IMG/VR virus record: IMGVR_UViG_2687453321_000002
Coordinates: 26,420-90,419 of that record
Length of the DNA stretch: 64,000 bases
Source: a virus
Taxonomy: Duplodnaviria; Caudoviricetes
Direction: 5' to 3' (one strand)
In this document: piece after piece, positions 9,436-19,934 of the stretch
How the letters are laid out: every line of letters begins with the position of its first letter
Numbering within the stretch: position 1 is the first letter of the stretch
Program-made: the position numbers and the translations under genes
The notes under the pieces: model-generated
What the model saw: the letters and a program-made list of their open reading frames with translations, nothing else
The model's database searches: none
What the model was told of the DNA's origin: nothing

Positions 9436-11061
9436 ATGTCAGAGGTCATAGACTCCCTGTTGGTTTCACTCGGCCTCGAAACCGATAAGAAAAGTTTTGA
9501 TAAAGCCAATGCTGCGATTAATAGCGTTAAAACTGGCTTTGTCCAATTGGCAGCGGCAGCGGGTGTTGGATTCGGGTTTAAGGCGCTTACTTCAGACCTT
9601 GCCAAATCTACAACGGAGATGGACCGCTTAAGCAAGATTACAGGATTTGCCGTCAAACAAATCGGAGGCTTGCGTTTTGCTTTACGCGCTTTAGGGCAAG
9701 ACCCAGAAGCAGCAAATGGCATTGTTCAGAAAATCCCAGCTTTGCAGCAAATGGCAAAGCAAGGTGAGTTGGGTTCGAAAGCATATTGGAGCGGAACATT
9801 CAATCCTACTGAGTTTGCAAATAAGCCTGGAATGGATGCGTTTAAGTATCTTGTAGAGTCCTATGGGCGCATGGATCACGAGCAGCAGCGGAATTTACGA
9901 AGCGGTATCGGGGCTGGTGATAACGATCCTCTCACCCGTCTGATGGAACTGGGCTCGCAAGGGCTTGATGATGTACTTAAGGTTTACGAACCACTCTACC
10001 AAGCCCTTGATCCAAAACTCATTGAGTCTTCAATAAAATTCAACGAGGAACTAGCTAAATTATCTACAAGCTTTGAAAATCTACAAGCGCAAATCGGTGG
10101 GCCATTATTAGATGAGGTGAGTAAATTTTTAAATCTGACAAGTCGTGCAATATCAGGTGATGCTTATGGTGAGTCATTAAAGTATACTGAGAAAAAGGGG
10201 AAGGAGTTCCGGAATTGGCTCCGCGATAGTTATGTGGTGAAAAATGATGATTTTTTAAAATGGTTGTTTGGCGAAAAGGAGGTTGTCTCTGACGATGAAC
10301 TGCCTGCTGAAAGACTCGTCAACCAGACTGCAATTCGTGTGGTAAATCATATTGCTGAAAATGATCGCTTATTAGGCAAGGTAATCCCTGTACAAAAGGA
10401 ACTTCCATTCTTTCTTACGAATAGTCAGCAAGCCTCGAATCAACTCTCTAACGAAAATTTGCAAAAGTATTTGAATGTCATTGCACTGTCGGAAGGTACT
10501 GCCGGTTACATGAATAATGGTTACAACACAATGTTTGGTGGTGACCAATTTTCCGATATGAGTGATCACCCGCGTATATTGAAAGAGTTCACTGATAAAA
10601 ATGGCAAGAGAAATAAAACCTCAGCTGCGGGGCGGTATCAGTTTACGCAGGCATCGTGGGACGAAGCCGCCAAGGCTCTCAACTTAAAGGACTTCTCACC
10701 ACAAAGTCAGGATATGGCTGCCTTATACCTAATCCAGCGTGCGGGCCAGTTGGATAACGTGCTGAATGGTAATTTTGCCGAGGCCACGGCCGGTCTTGGT
10801 GGTGTGTGGGCATCCTTACCGTCTTCCACTTATGCTCAGCCGAAGCATAGCTACGAGGCCATGGAGAATTTTTATGCCATGAATAATACGCCACCATCCT
10901 TTGGTGGTGCCGCTGGCGGCTCACGCGCTGTTACTGTCAATAACCAATTCTCAATCAATGCCTCAGGGGCTAATGCTGATGAGGTTGCCGATATTGTGTT
11001 TGGGCGAGCTACAGATAGTGTTAACCAAGCAGTGGGGCAACTACCTGGGGACAAATTCTAA
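9436..11061 (+). CDS. Tape measure protein with C-terminal lambda-R-like lysozyme/lytic transglycosylase domain
   Basis: VIDSLLVSLG N-terminus; SEGT, DHPR, SAAGRYQF, DFSPQSQD, WASLP..YAQ motifs. Confidence 0.85.
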   Translation: MSEVIDSLLVSLGLETDKKSFDKANAAINSVKTGFVQLAAAAGVGFGFKALTSDLAKSTTEMDRLSKITGFAVKQIGGLRFALRALGQDPEAANGIVQKIPALQQMAKQGELGSKAYWSGTFNPTEFANKPGMDAFKYLVESYGRMDHEQQRNLRSGIGAGDNDPLTRLMELGSQGLDDVLKVYEPLYQALDPKLIESSIKFNEELAKLSTSFENLQAQIGGPLLDEVSKFLNLTSRAISGDAYGESLKYTEKKGKEFRNWLRDSYVVKNDDFLKWLFGEKEVVSDDELPAERLVNQTAIRVVNHIAENDRLLGKVIPVQKELPFFLTNSQQASNQLSNENLQKYLNVIALSEGTAGYMNNGYNTMFGGDQFSDMSDHPRILKEFTDKNGKRNKTSAAGRYQFTQASWDEAAKALNLKDFSPQSQDMAALYLIQRAGQLDNVLNGNFAEATAGLGGVWASLPSSTYAQPKHSYEAMENFYAMNNTPPSFGGAAGGSRAVTVNNQFSINASGANADEVADIVFGRATDSVNQAVGQLPGDKF

Positions 11062-11777
11062 TGGCTATTACCGGGCTGTTTACCAAAAACAGGCCGAAGA
11101 TCGGCAGTCTTTATTTCGACGCGCTTTTAAAGGAGAGCACCGAACTTCGGACCGATGTCAGTGAATACCCCCTCGAAACCGCGGCTACCGCACACGATAA
11201 CGCCGTCACGCGCTCGTTAGCAATAACGATGGAGATCGGCGTATCAGATAACTGGTATCGCGGGCTTATCGCGCAGCAAGAAGAGATGGCGCAGCCCTTT
11301 GTTGATATTGGTGGTGGGCTGACAGTGGGTGTGGCGTCTTCTTTGCTATCAGGACGAACGGCAGCCTTGGCAGGGGTAGCAGCAAGTGTGGGGCTGGCGG
11401 TTTATCAGGGAAACCAGCAGACGACGCGCTCTCAGGGACTTCTTGAACAGTTGCGAACCATCCAGCGCAATCACGAGACATTCGATCTTGTTGCCAGCAA
11501 GGGGGCGTCTTACAAAAATTGTATTATCACCAACACCCGAACTGAGACAGAGATGAATACTGAGGGCGGATTGATTATCGCGGTCGATATCCTTCAGCTC
11601 ACGATCATTCACGACACAGTGGCTGAGACGAACGCAAATTTACCCTATGGTGATTCATCGGCAACGCAGGGACAGCGTGAATTGTCAGGTGGCGAGGTTG
11701 TTGTTTCGGAGGTTAAAAGTGAATCTATCCCTCTCCCAGAACGGCCAGGGAACATTTCTGTCAATTCCGCTCAGTAG
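11061..11777 (+). CDS. Dit-like/baseplate protein
   Basis: FDA.LKE......VSEYPLE motif downstream of tape measure. Confidence 0.7.
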   Translation: MAITGLFTKNRPKIGSLYFDALLKESTELRTDVSEYPLETAATAHDNAVTRSLAITMEIGVSDNWYRGLIAQQEEMAQPFVDIGGGLTVGVASSLLSGRTAALAGVAASVGLAVYQGNQQTTRSQGLLEQLRTIQRNHETFDLVASKGASYKNCIITNTRTETEMNTEGGLIIAVDILQLTIIHDTVAETNANLPYGDSSATQGQRELSGGEVVVSEVKSESIPLPERPGNISVNSAQ

Positions 11778-12042
11778 TGGCTATGCCTTCCAACGGTTTC
11801 GCGTTCAGTTGGGGTCGCATTACTTGGTTTTTCGCCTGCGGTGGCTAACCCGATTTCATTATTTTTGCGTTGATATTTATGAGAATGGGGAGCCTGTGGT
11901 TCTTGGGCGGGCATTACATCCTGATGTGAATCTCTTGGCTGGATTGAACACGGATATTGGAAAATTATATCTGCGTGGTGAAAGCCCAACAGTTGGCAAT
12001 CTTGGTGTAACCAATAAATTGGAATGGGTGGCAAATGAGTAA
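11647..12042 (+). CDS. Small baseplate protein (true start probably ~11720)
   Basis: IPL....FQRF.VQLG, LRW, LG...KLEW pattern; overlaps hub gene. Confidence 0.6.
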   Translation: MVIHRQRRDSVNCQVARLLFRRLKVNLSLSQNGQGTFLSIPLSSGYAFQRFRVQLGSHYLVFRLRWLTRFHYFCVDIYENGEPVVLGRALHPDVNLLAGLNTDIGKLYLRGESPTVGNLGVTNKLEWVANE

Positions 12043-12931
12043 ATATTTTGACCGCCGTTACCATCTGGAAATTATTACAACCAGTGGTGAAGTGCTGACG
12101 TATGAGCCCCCCATAGAAATTCGCTTTCTGGTTGATAATTTCCCTCAGCATACTAATGCAACGGCTGGTATAACGATTTATGGCATTTCTTCACGTACCC
12201 GTGAATTAATCCAGTTGCGCGATGATGCTAATAATCACTATGGAAGGGTCGTGTTAAAAGCCGGGTATGGTGAAAATGTCGGGGTGATATTTACAGGGAG
12301 AATAAACAGCGTCCAAGTGGCAAAAGACGGTGTTAGCACCTGCATTAAGTTGTTCTGCTCAGCAACGGCAACAGAATGGGATGCTGTGTCATATCGAGCC
12401 TGGGGGGATAATACGCCTTATCAGGATGTGATCCGTGATATTGCCGAAGGGTTGGGGGCACCGGTCGAGTTCGTGGGGGATTTTTCAGACCTGCCAATGC
12501 TTACCCGTGGAAGAAATGCCGGTGGGAAATTATGCCGCGCTTTATTAGATGACTTGAAGTCTTTCTTTGGTTTCTGGTGGCTACATACGCCGACACGAAC
12601 AATCATCATCCGTGACGGCGCGTCACGAGACTGGGTTGAACATGATGTTTCTGCATTGAATGGGATGGAGGGCGTGCCCCGCTGGTATACAAACTCATTG
12701 GAAGTTGATGTGAAACTGAATTTCCAGCTCCAGCCAGGCGATGTAATGAATGTTACATCTCGTTTTTGGACAATTAATTTCAGTGGTGCTTACTTCACTG
12801 ATTTGCAGAATTTAGCCGACAAACAGAGAAAAACAGGGAAATTCACTATCCTCAGGACGGCTCATGAAGGGGCTTTGTGGGGGAATGTTTGGAAAACAAC
12901 GGCAGTCTGTCTTTGGCGGGGGGATGTATGA
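12035..12931 (+). CDS. Baseplate hub protein
   Basis: A.ITIYG, LKAGY...VGVIFTG.I motifs. Confidence 0.75.
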   Translation: MSKYFDRRYHLEIITTSGEVLTYEPPIEIRFLVDNFPQHTNATAGITIYGISSRTRELIQLRDDANNHYGRVVLKAGYGENVGVIFTGRINSVQVAKDGVSTCIKLFCSATATEWDAVSYRAWGDNTPYQDVIRDIAEGLGAPVEFVGDFSDLPMLTRGRNAGGKLCRALLDDLKSFFGFWWLHTPTRTIIIRDGASRDWVEHDVSALNGMEGVPRWYTNSLEVDVKLNFQLQPGDVMNVTSRFWTINFSGAYFTDLQNLADKQRKTGKFTILRTAHEGALWGNVWKTTAVCLWRGDV

Positions 12932-13530
12932 AGGATTCAAACCCATTTTTGACAATGTTAAAGGGATTGCGGCCCCGTCTGCTTTGGGACTTGATGATCT
13001 GTTTGCCGGGAAAAGTGATTGATTACGATCCCGACCTTCAGCGTGCTGTGGTGGAGTGCGGTATTCAGCGGCACGAAGGAAGCGGTGAATTTAAAACACT
13101 GCCAGAGATCCGCCATGTACCCGTTCAATTCTCCGGCTCTGCCGTCTGGTCCGTCTTTCATGAGTTACCGGAAGGAACGGAAGGTTTAATTCATTTTTCT
13201 CAACGATCGGTTGACTACTGGCTGGAGCAGGGCGGGCCTGTGCGGCCACTGGATGCGCGGATGTTTGACGCAACAGACGCTTTTTTTGCACCCGGTTATC
13301 GCTCGCGAGCCACATGTATATCGGGGTTGCCTACCGAAGGTATAGGAATGAGCAACGCCAGCGGGACGGTACGGCTTCACCTTACCGATGAGGGCGTTGA
13401 GCTGATGGCCGAGGGGCAAAAGCTATCTCTGTCCCCTGAGGGGCTCCGGCACAATGGTGTGAACATTGGTGCGACGCATACACATAGTGGGGTTGAGAAC
13501 GGTGGTGGGAAGACTGACGAACCGGAATAA
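12928..13530 (+). CDS. Baseplate spike (Gp138-like)
   Basis: PGKVIDYD, VPVQF, G.EGLIHFSQR, C-terminal HTHSGV. Confidence 0.8.
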   Translation: MKDSNPFLTMLKGLRPRLLWDLMICLPGKVIDYDPDLQRAVVECGIQRHEGSGEFKTLPEIRHVPVQFSGSAVWSVFHELPEGTEGLIHFSQRSVDYWLEQGGPVRPLDARMFDATDAFFAPGYRSRATCISGLPTEGIGMSNASGTVRLHLTDEGVELMAEGQKLSLSPEGLRHNGVNIGATHTHSGVENGGGKTDEPE

Positions 13531-13545
13531 CAAAGGGGGAACAGA

Positions 13546-13893
13546 GTGATCCGCAATTTTACTGATGGCGACATCGTGACGAGTGGTGATCACTTCGTTA
13601 CCGGTAAGACCGAAACACAACAGGCCTGCATTTGCAGGCTTCGTCTTTTTCTGGGGGAGTATTTTTTGGATGCGACCGATGGCACGCCGTGGTTCCAGAG
13701 CATCCTGGGCAAGAGCGCGCGGGATATTGCCGAGGCCAATATCAAGCAGCGTATTCTCTCCACGCGTGGCGTGATGGCGCTAAATACCTTCGAGATGGAC
13801 AGCGACACGAAAAAACGCAAATTCACGGTATCGGCCACGCTGACCGATATCAACAACGAACAGTTTGAGTTCCTGTTTGAGAAGGAGCTGTAA
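13546..13893 (+). CDS. Baseplate wedge subunit
   Basis: RLRLFLGEYFLD..DGTPWFQ.ILGK motif. Confidence 0.75.
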   Translation: MIRNFTDGDIVTSGDHFVTGKTETQQACICRLRLFLGEYFLDATDGTPWFQSILGKSARDIAEANIKQRILSTRGVMALNTFEMDSDTKKRKFTVSATLTDINNEQFEFLFEKEL

Positions 13894-15098
13894 TGGCTGA
13901 AATCACAAAGTACGGGGTCACGGGTAAAACCCTGCAAGAGTACAAGGATGAAGTGAGTGAAAAGTACCTTGCCATAGACAGTGCCTGGAACATCGACCCG
14001 GAATCCCCGGACGGTATGGCAATTGCTGCCTGGTCCGAACTGCTGGCCAATCTTGATGAAGAGGTGGTGAACAGCTACCACTCTGTGGATCCGAACTCGG
14101 CTATCGGACAGCAGCTTGACCGCATCGCTGCGTTTGCCGGCATTCAACGCCAGCCGGAAAGCTTCTCGACCGATGTGGTGGAGTTTGAAGGGGATGGCCT
14201 GATAGAAGTACCGGCGGGGACAAAGGTGCGGCATCGTGTTACAGGCACCGTGTGGGCGACGGATGCCAATGTTATCACCGATACCAGCGGCAGGGCATCG
14301 GTCAGCGTCACCTGCACATCAGCGGGGGCACAGGGGGCGAACCCCGGCACGTTGACCATTATCGCGACGCCCGTTGCACGGATACGCGCTGTGACGAATA
14401 CGCAGGGCGCCAGCCTGGGTAAGGCGGAAGAAAGCAACAATGCGTTTCGTGTGCGTCGCACTTACTCCGTCGCTTTGCCTGGCAATAACCAAATCGACAA
14501 CATCAAGGCGGCGCTGGACAACGTGACGGGCGTTAAACAGTCACTGGTGCATGAGAACGTCGAGAGCGAAACGGATGAGCATGGCGTTTACGGCCACAGC
14601 ATGGCGATATTTATCGATGGTGGTGAGACGAGCGACATTGTGTTGGCGATGGCCACACACAAGAATCCAGGCTGTGGTTTGAATCGCTACAACACCTTCC
14701 CTAACAAAATCAGCGTGGATACGTTTACCCCGAAGGGGCAACCGGTAAACATCACGTTTTACCGCCCGGAATATGTGGCGATTTATGTACAGGTAGATAT
14801 TAAAACCAGTACGCTGGGCGAAGATGAAAAAGCGCTGATTAAAGCCGCCATTGTCGATTACACGTTGGTGGGATTTGATGAAACAACGGGGTTTGCCAAG
14901 CAAGGGTTTCGTATTGGTGAGGCATTGGCAGCGGGGCGGCTTTATACGCCGACGAACTACTTTGTCGGTGGCGATGACTATGTGAGTAACATCGCAATCG
15001 GCACCAGTGAAAGTGACATCACTAAGAGCGTCATTCCTGTCACGTTTAATCAACTGGGTGTGTTCAGCGTGGAAAATATTAAGATAAATTATGTCTGA
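13893..15098 (+). CDS. Baseplate J-like protein
   Basis: SPDG, A.GQQLD.I, G..EES...FR.RR motifs. Confidence 0.85.
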   Translation: MAEITKYGVTGKTLQEYKDEVSEKYLAIDSAWNIDPESPDGMAIAAWSELLANLDEEVVNSYHSVDPNSAIGQQLDRIAAFAGIQRQPESFSTDVVEFEGDGLIEVPAGTKVRHRVTGTVWATDANVITDTSGRASVSVTCTSAGAQGANPGTLTIIATPVARIRAVTNTQGASLGKAEESNNAFRVRRTYSVALPGNNQIDNIKAALDNVTGVKQSLVHENVESETDEHGVYGHSMAIFIDGGETSDIVLAMATHKNPGCGLNRYNTFPNKISVDTFTPKGQPVNITFYRPEYVAIYVQVDIKTSTLGEDEKALIKAAIVDYTLVGFDETTGFAKQGFRIGEALAAGRLYTPTNYFVGGDDYVSNIAIGTSESDITKSVIPVTFNQLGVFSVENIKINYV

Positions 15099-15951
15099 AT
15101 TTAAAAGCAAGGCATTAAGTCGCATTTATTGGCAATATAAAAATGCGCCTAAATTAATTCAGTGGATCCTAACGCTGCCCGATATTGTGCAAAGTAATAT
15201 CGTTGAGCAGGTCGAGAAAATCCGCAATATTCTTGACATTGATAAAGCAGAAGGGGAACAGCTCAATATTTGCGGCCGCATTGCCGGCTACCGCAAACGA
15301 CCTGTGGGGCGATTTTATCCTGGGTGCGTCGTGGCTGAGGTAGACGACGTGCTTTATCGGAAAATGATTAAAGCGAAAATCTGCAAAAATAACGGGATTG
15401 CCACGATTGACGATGTTAAAGCAGCGGCGGATTACATTCTCGACGTGGATGTTACGGTCCTCGACGCACAGGACATGACGATGCGGCTTGTCTGGCAGGA
15501 TGATAGCGTCAGTATCGCTGTGCAGCAGCTGGTGGCCGATTATGACCTTATTCCCCGTCCTCAGGGGGTTGGGATGCGTAAGCACCGCGTCGTCAAATAC
15601 AAGCCGTTTGGCTTCGGTATCCACAATGCCAATTTTAACCGTGCGCCGTTCTGGTACGGTGATGGCACGCCTCCCGTCAATTATGATGCCACCATTACAT
15701 TAGCGTGGGCGGATGGGGTACTCACCGGCCAGCTGAAAGCAAACGTGCTTGATGTCTCCGAGCAGGACGTGACGGTCATTATTACAGGGGATGATGGCGC
15801 ACCCTATGTCCGGTATGCGGTAACCGATGTATCGGGTCATTTCACCGTAGAAAATATCACTCCGCCGGCGACGATCATTGCCCGCGCTTTGCTCATCGCT
15901 CTGGATTGCCAGGCGATCGAACTTGAGTCTGAACCGCTGAAAATTAACTGA
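15091..15951 (+). CDS. Baseplate wedge protein (DUF2612-like)
   Basis: WQY..APKL, DID.AEGEQL...GRI, PRPQGV motifs. Confidence 0.8.
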   Translation: MSEFKSKALSRIYWQYKNAPKLIQWILTLPDIVQSNIVEQVEKIRNILDIDKAEGEQLNICGRIAGYRKRPVGRFYPGCVVAEVDDVLYRKMIKAKICKNNGIATIDDVKAAADYILDVDVTVLDAQDMTMRLVWQDDSVSIAVQQLVADYDLIPRPQGVGMRKHRVVKYKPFGFGIHNANFNRAPFWYGDGTPPVNYDATITLAWADGVLTGQLKANVLDVSEQDVTVIITGDDGAPYVRYAVTDVSGHFTVENITPPATIIARALLIALDCQAIELESEPLKIN

Positions 15952-15963
15952 TCTGGAGTAAAT

Positions 15964-16926
15964 ATGGCGAATAAAAAACTCCCCTCTGGCCGCAAGTCCG
16001 GGGGGCGCTCTGCTGCGTCGAAAATGAACCGTGTGGCGATTAAATCAGATGCAACCGGTGTCATGATTTCTGACCTTCCTATTGCAGATGCGTTGACCGG
16101 TGCAGAGCTATTCCCCGTTGTTCAGGCAGGGGAAACCCGGAAAGCAGATATTGAACAAATTACTGCCCTCATTCCTTCGGGCGCGGATGGTAAAGATGGC
16201 TCTCCAGGAGAGGTCGGCCCTCAGGGGGAAAAAGGTGAAACCGGTGACGTTGGGCCTCAGGGACCACAAGGTGAGAAAGGTGACAAGGGAGATATCGGTC
16301 CAGTCGGTCCGGCAGGTAAAGATGGCGCTGACGGTTCTCCGGGAGAGAAAGGCGAAAAAGGTGATGCTGGACCACAAGGTGAGGTTGGGCCGAAGGGCGA
16401 TAAGGGCGATCCTGGACCGGAAGAACTTACGTTATCTCCTGGCTCTGGACAACGCAATCTACTTGAGCGTCAGGGAGACGGATATAAAGTTGATGCCATG
16501 CGGGCTATCATTCCTAAATTCGGTCCAGAGTACAAAACTCTTCCTCTGTCGAAGTTGGTAAAAACATTTCCGAATGGTTCGGTTCTTTATCGCATGGAGA
16601 ACAAAGTAATAAATCAGCTTCGATATAAATCGCTTGCTGGCTTACCTATCCCTGTCTCCGTGGACACCCGATTGCAACAATATTTCCTGGACAAAGAGGG
16701 GAACGTTATTACGGTTCAGGCCATGTCGACATATGATGTGCTGGATAAGGATTTTATTTCAGTAGTCACGTCGGTATTTATGAGTGCGGCACCCGATAAG
16801 GCATTCAACTTAAAAGATGATACACCATACCCAGATACCGGTCAGTTAGAAAAATTTAGCGTATATCTCTATGTGCTCATCGGTAGCACGCTTGCGCAAA
16901 ACGGTATTGATATTCAGATCCCGTGA
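15964..16926 (+). CDS. Collagen-like fibre protein (about 27 G-X-Y triplets)
   Basis: N-terminal ISDLP.A..LTG.ELFPVVQ.GET.K motif, G-X-Y run, unique C-terminal domain. Confidence 0.75.
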   Translation: MANKKLPSGRKSGGRSAASKMNRVAIKSDATGVMISDLPIADALTGAELFPVVQAGETRKADIEQITALIPSGADGKDGSPGEVGPQGEKGETGDVGPQGPQGEKGDKGDIGPVGPAGKDGADGSPGEKGEKGDAGPQGEVGPKGDKGDPGPEELTLSPGSGQRNLLERQGDGYKVDAMRAIIPKFGPEYKTLPLSKLVKTFPNGSVLYRMENKVINQLRYKSLAGLPIPVSVDTRLQQYFLDKEGNVITVQAMSTYDVLDKDFISVVTSVFMSAAPDKAFNLKDDTPYPDTGQLEKFSVYLYVLIGSTLAQNGIDIQIP

Positions 16927-17096
16927 GTTAGAGAAATTTAGTGTGTATTTTTATGTGCTTGCCGGAGGTGCACTTAAAAATTGATTTTGAATAATTTTAC
17001 CTGTCGCTGACACAACAGTGATGAATTTCCATTTCATTTGCATGGTTATATCGTGGGTTTCGCCAATTACGGCGAAATTTCAATATGGAGATTATT

Positions 17097-17633
17097 ATGT
17101 TTGCAAAGAAATTAATGACAGTTTCACTTATCTCTCTGGGAATGGTCAGTTCTGTTTGTGTTGCAGCTGACCAGGGGCATGGTAAGGCAACGATGGTTGG
17201 GAGTATTGTAAGCACACAGGCTTCTTGCTCCATCTCGCCAGAAAGTGTCGATCAAACGATCGACCTGGGTCAAATTGCCGATACAGTTTTGCTGGAAGCA
17301 AATGGTTCAGGCAAGTCTACACCTCGTAGCTTTGCAATTAACCTTGAGAATTGCGAAGTCGGCGCGGGAAGTAGTGTAAGTGTCACCTTCTCTGGAATGG
17401 AAGGAAAGGATGGGCGGCTGGGTATTTCGGGGACGGCCAGTGGTGCCAGTATTGCGTTTACTGATGGCACTGGAGAGGTGATTAAGCTGGGGCAGCCAAG
17501 CAAAAGCTTCTCTCTCCAGAATGGAAACAACATCCTACCTTTTGCCGTTTATCTCCAGGGGGATGGTGTGCCGGGAAACATTAAACCGGGTGATTATCAT
17601 GCCGTGGCCGATTTTACGCTCAGCTATCAATAA
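17097..17633 (+). CDS. Chaperone-usher fimbrial major subunit (FimA/PapA-like), orphan
   Basis: Signal peptide, ADQGHGK...G.IV...C, second Cys (LENC), C-terminal A.ADFTLSYQ; terminator 17659-17688. Confidence 0.85.
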   Translation: MFAKKLMTVSLISLGMVSSVCVAADQGHGKATMVGSIVSTQASCSISPESVDQTIDLGQIADTVLLEANGSGKSTPRSFAINLENCEVGAGSSVSVTFSGMEGKDGRLGISGTASGASIAFTDGTGEVIKLGQPSKSFSLQNGNNILPFAVYLQGDGVPGNIKPGDYHAVADFTLSYQ

Positions 17634-17702
17634 CACCATTATTTAACCATTAAGTGCCAAGGCAACTGTATATGCAGTTGCCTTTTTTATTTGGAGAATG
17701 CG

Positions 17703-19685
17703 ATGGACCAGAAGTTTTTCCGTATCCCCTTCGCCAGTGCAGGTGATAAGCAACAAATTCCCGACGATAAAAATGCAGAAGGTTATGTCAGCTTTGTCGA
17801 GGGATGGGGCGAGGATTACCAAAAAGACCTGATGAGCGATGCGAATGCCAAGGAGGTAGAGCGTGACGTGATGAACGGTATTCTGAATGCCATCACTGTT
17901 GCGCTGAGGCAGTATCAAACAGACAGCTTCCCCGAATGGATCACGCCGGCGAATAACGGCGGTACAGCGTACCCCTATGGCGTGGGCGTTGTTGTTCGTC
18001 ATCGCCAGGGCAACGGGGCATTCATCTCGTATGTTTCTCTGACGGATAACAACACGACTGAGCCAGGTACAAAAGATGCTAAATGGCAGGCATTTATTTA
18101 TCGCCGCGCCACGCAAGATGAAGCAGATGCGGGTAAAGATGGTTCATTGATTATTACGCCCCCAACGCTTCAACAGTCGATCAAAAATGCTCTTGGCGAC
18201 ATAACCACTGAGCTGGCGCCATTCCTGCTGCCGGTTGGCATCATTGCCGCGTGGGGTAGCCCTGTGCCCCCAGATGGATGGATTGAGGCAAACGGTCAGG
18301 CTTTTGACGTAGTGAAGAACCCTAAACTTCATGCAGTATACCCCTCTGGACAAGTCCCTGACTTACGCGGTCGATTCATTCGTGGATGGGCGCACGGTTC
18401 GGGTGAAGACCCAGATCCAGGCCGCGGGGTTACGAGCTATCAAGATCAGAGCGACCTTACGCACTATCACCATGTTGGCCGATTCGGCAACAACTGGGGG
18501 CCAGATTCGGACGATGGCTATTTTCCGCAGCGTAAAGAGGAAAATGCGTGGGAGGGAGAATCATACCGGGGCCGCGCGATTTGCGGGGATAAGCAGTCGA
18601 TTTTAGAAGCACAAATCCCTCAAGGGCTGACTGGTCCAGCATCGCGAACTTTCTCAACGAGTAATCAGCGATACCTTGCAACCGGGGAAGTATCGACTCA
18701 GCCCGACGTCCATCCGAAAAATATAGCGCTGATGTATATCGTTAAGACCGATCAGGCTGACAACATCGCACCTGAACCGACACCGACAAACATCGTTGTT
18801 ACGCCATCGATGCTTAGTATTGGCGTTGGGGAGACTCAAAAATTTACGGCGCAGGTGTTCCCGACAGATATTGCTGAAAAATTCCCAGTATCGTGGCTTA
18901 GTACAAACACCGCCGTGGCCACTATCGACAGCAAAGGACTTCTAAAAGCTGTTGGGCCAGGGAGTGCAGACATAATTGCCAGCGTTAGCTCGGGACTTAG
19001 CGTGCGCGTATCCGTTCAAGTTAACATCTTGCTGACGAATATCACGATGGGAGCGATCCCTGATATGGTCGCCGGTGATACTTACCGGCTTGTGATCGCA
19101 AAAACACCATCGAACGCAACCGAACCGTTGATCTATTCATCTACCGATGCAGCAGTAGCCAGCGCAAGCGGAGATGGTCAGTTGACAGCTGCCGGGGAAG
19201 GTACTGCTACGATAACCGTCGAAGGGGCTCTGTCTGGTAAAAGTGCAAGCCGAGTTGTTAAAGTCACGGCAGCCCCAGTGGTTTCTGAGTTTTTGGCTAT
19301 CAAAAACAACCTCTCAGAAATCGCTGACGCAGGAAAAAAAGCACAGGAAGCATCGCAGAAAAATCTTGGGTTGGGGAAATTGGCGACCAAAGATGCGATC
19401 ACTGCGAAGGATGCCGGTGCAGTTCCTGTGGCCGATAAAACTATGCCAGCAGGCACGAATTTAAACGCTATAACTGAACCTGGCGAATACTTCCAGAACG
19501 TGACCAGCAACGCCACGCTGGCCCTAAACTACCCAGAGGCTGTGGCTGGCGCATTAAAGGTGTATCGAACCGGGGTTGATGCTGGTGCGTGCCGCCAAGT
19601 GTATATGCCGTACAACTCAACGGTTGAGCACCGGCGCTATGCATTCGGCGATCCGCTGGTGTTCTCTGCATGGAAGGCGTATTGA
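17703..19685 (+). CDS. Tail fibre with tail-collar domain, two Ig-like (Big_2) repeats and C-terminal knob
   Basis: PFA..GD...IP, PVG.I..W...PP.GW..ANG, PDLRGRFIRGW, W.S.N..VATID..G, LN.ITEPGEY. Confidence 0.85.
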   Translation: MDQKFFRIPFASAGDKQQIPDDKNAEGYVSFVEGWGEDYQKDLMSDANAKEVERDVMNGILNAITVALRQYQTDSFPEWITPANNGGTAYPYGVGVVVRHRQGNGAFISYVSLTDNNTTEPGTKDAKWQAFIYRRATQDEADAGKDGSLIITPPTLQQSIKNALGDITTELAPFLLPVGIIAAWGSPVPPDGWIEANGQAFDVVKNPKLHAVYPSGQVPDLRGRFIRGWAHGSGEDPDPGRGVTSYQDQSDLTHYHHVGRFGNNWGPDSDDGYFPQRKEENAWEGESYRGRAICGDKQSILEAQIPQGLTGPASRTFSTSNQRYLATGEVSTQPDVHPKNIALMYIVKTDQADNIAPEPTPTNIVVTPSMLSIGVGETQKFTAQVFPTDIAEKFPVSWLSTNTAVATIDSKGLLKAVGPGSADIIASVSSGLSVRVSVQVNILLTNITMGAIPDMVAGDTYRLVIAKTPSNATEPLIYSSTDAAVASASGDGQLTAAGEGTATITVEGALSGKSASRVVKVTAAPVVSEFLAIKNNLSEIADAGKKAQEASQKNLGLGKLATKDAITAKDAGAVPVADKTMPAGTNLNAITEPGEYFQNVTSNATLALNYPEAVAGALKVYRTGVDAGACRQVYMPYNSTVEHRRYAFGDPLVFSAWKAY

Positions 19686-19718
19686 TGAAGATGGCCGGCA
19701 TTTGTCGGCCTGGTACCA

Positions 19719-19934
19719 TCAATAACCTCGTAGCTTTTTGATGAGTGTGTCGCCGAGCCAGCAAATGAGACAAAATATTGCTATTGTCGATAAAATGGCG
19801 ATGACACGTTGAGTTATCGTGTCGAAGCTAAAGAAGAAATAGATACACAATAAGAATCCAGCCCCCCCTATTAACTGATAGAAAAACTCAAAGAAAAAAG
19901 AAAGTATGCGAATATGGATGCTATCTTTTCTCAT
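19719..19934 (-). CDS. Small two-TM membrane protein
   Basis: Two hydrophobic segments; ATGA-coupled to the 215-aa ORF. Confidence 0.6.
   Translation of the reverse strand: MRKDSIHIRILSFFFEFFYQLIGGAGFLLCIYFFFSFDTITQRVIAILSTIAIFCLICWLGDTLIKKLRGY

Noticed and set aside
17659-17688. LexA box
   Set aside because: CTG-N6-CAG spacing is wrong; it is the fimbrial gene terminator
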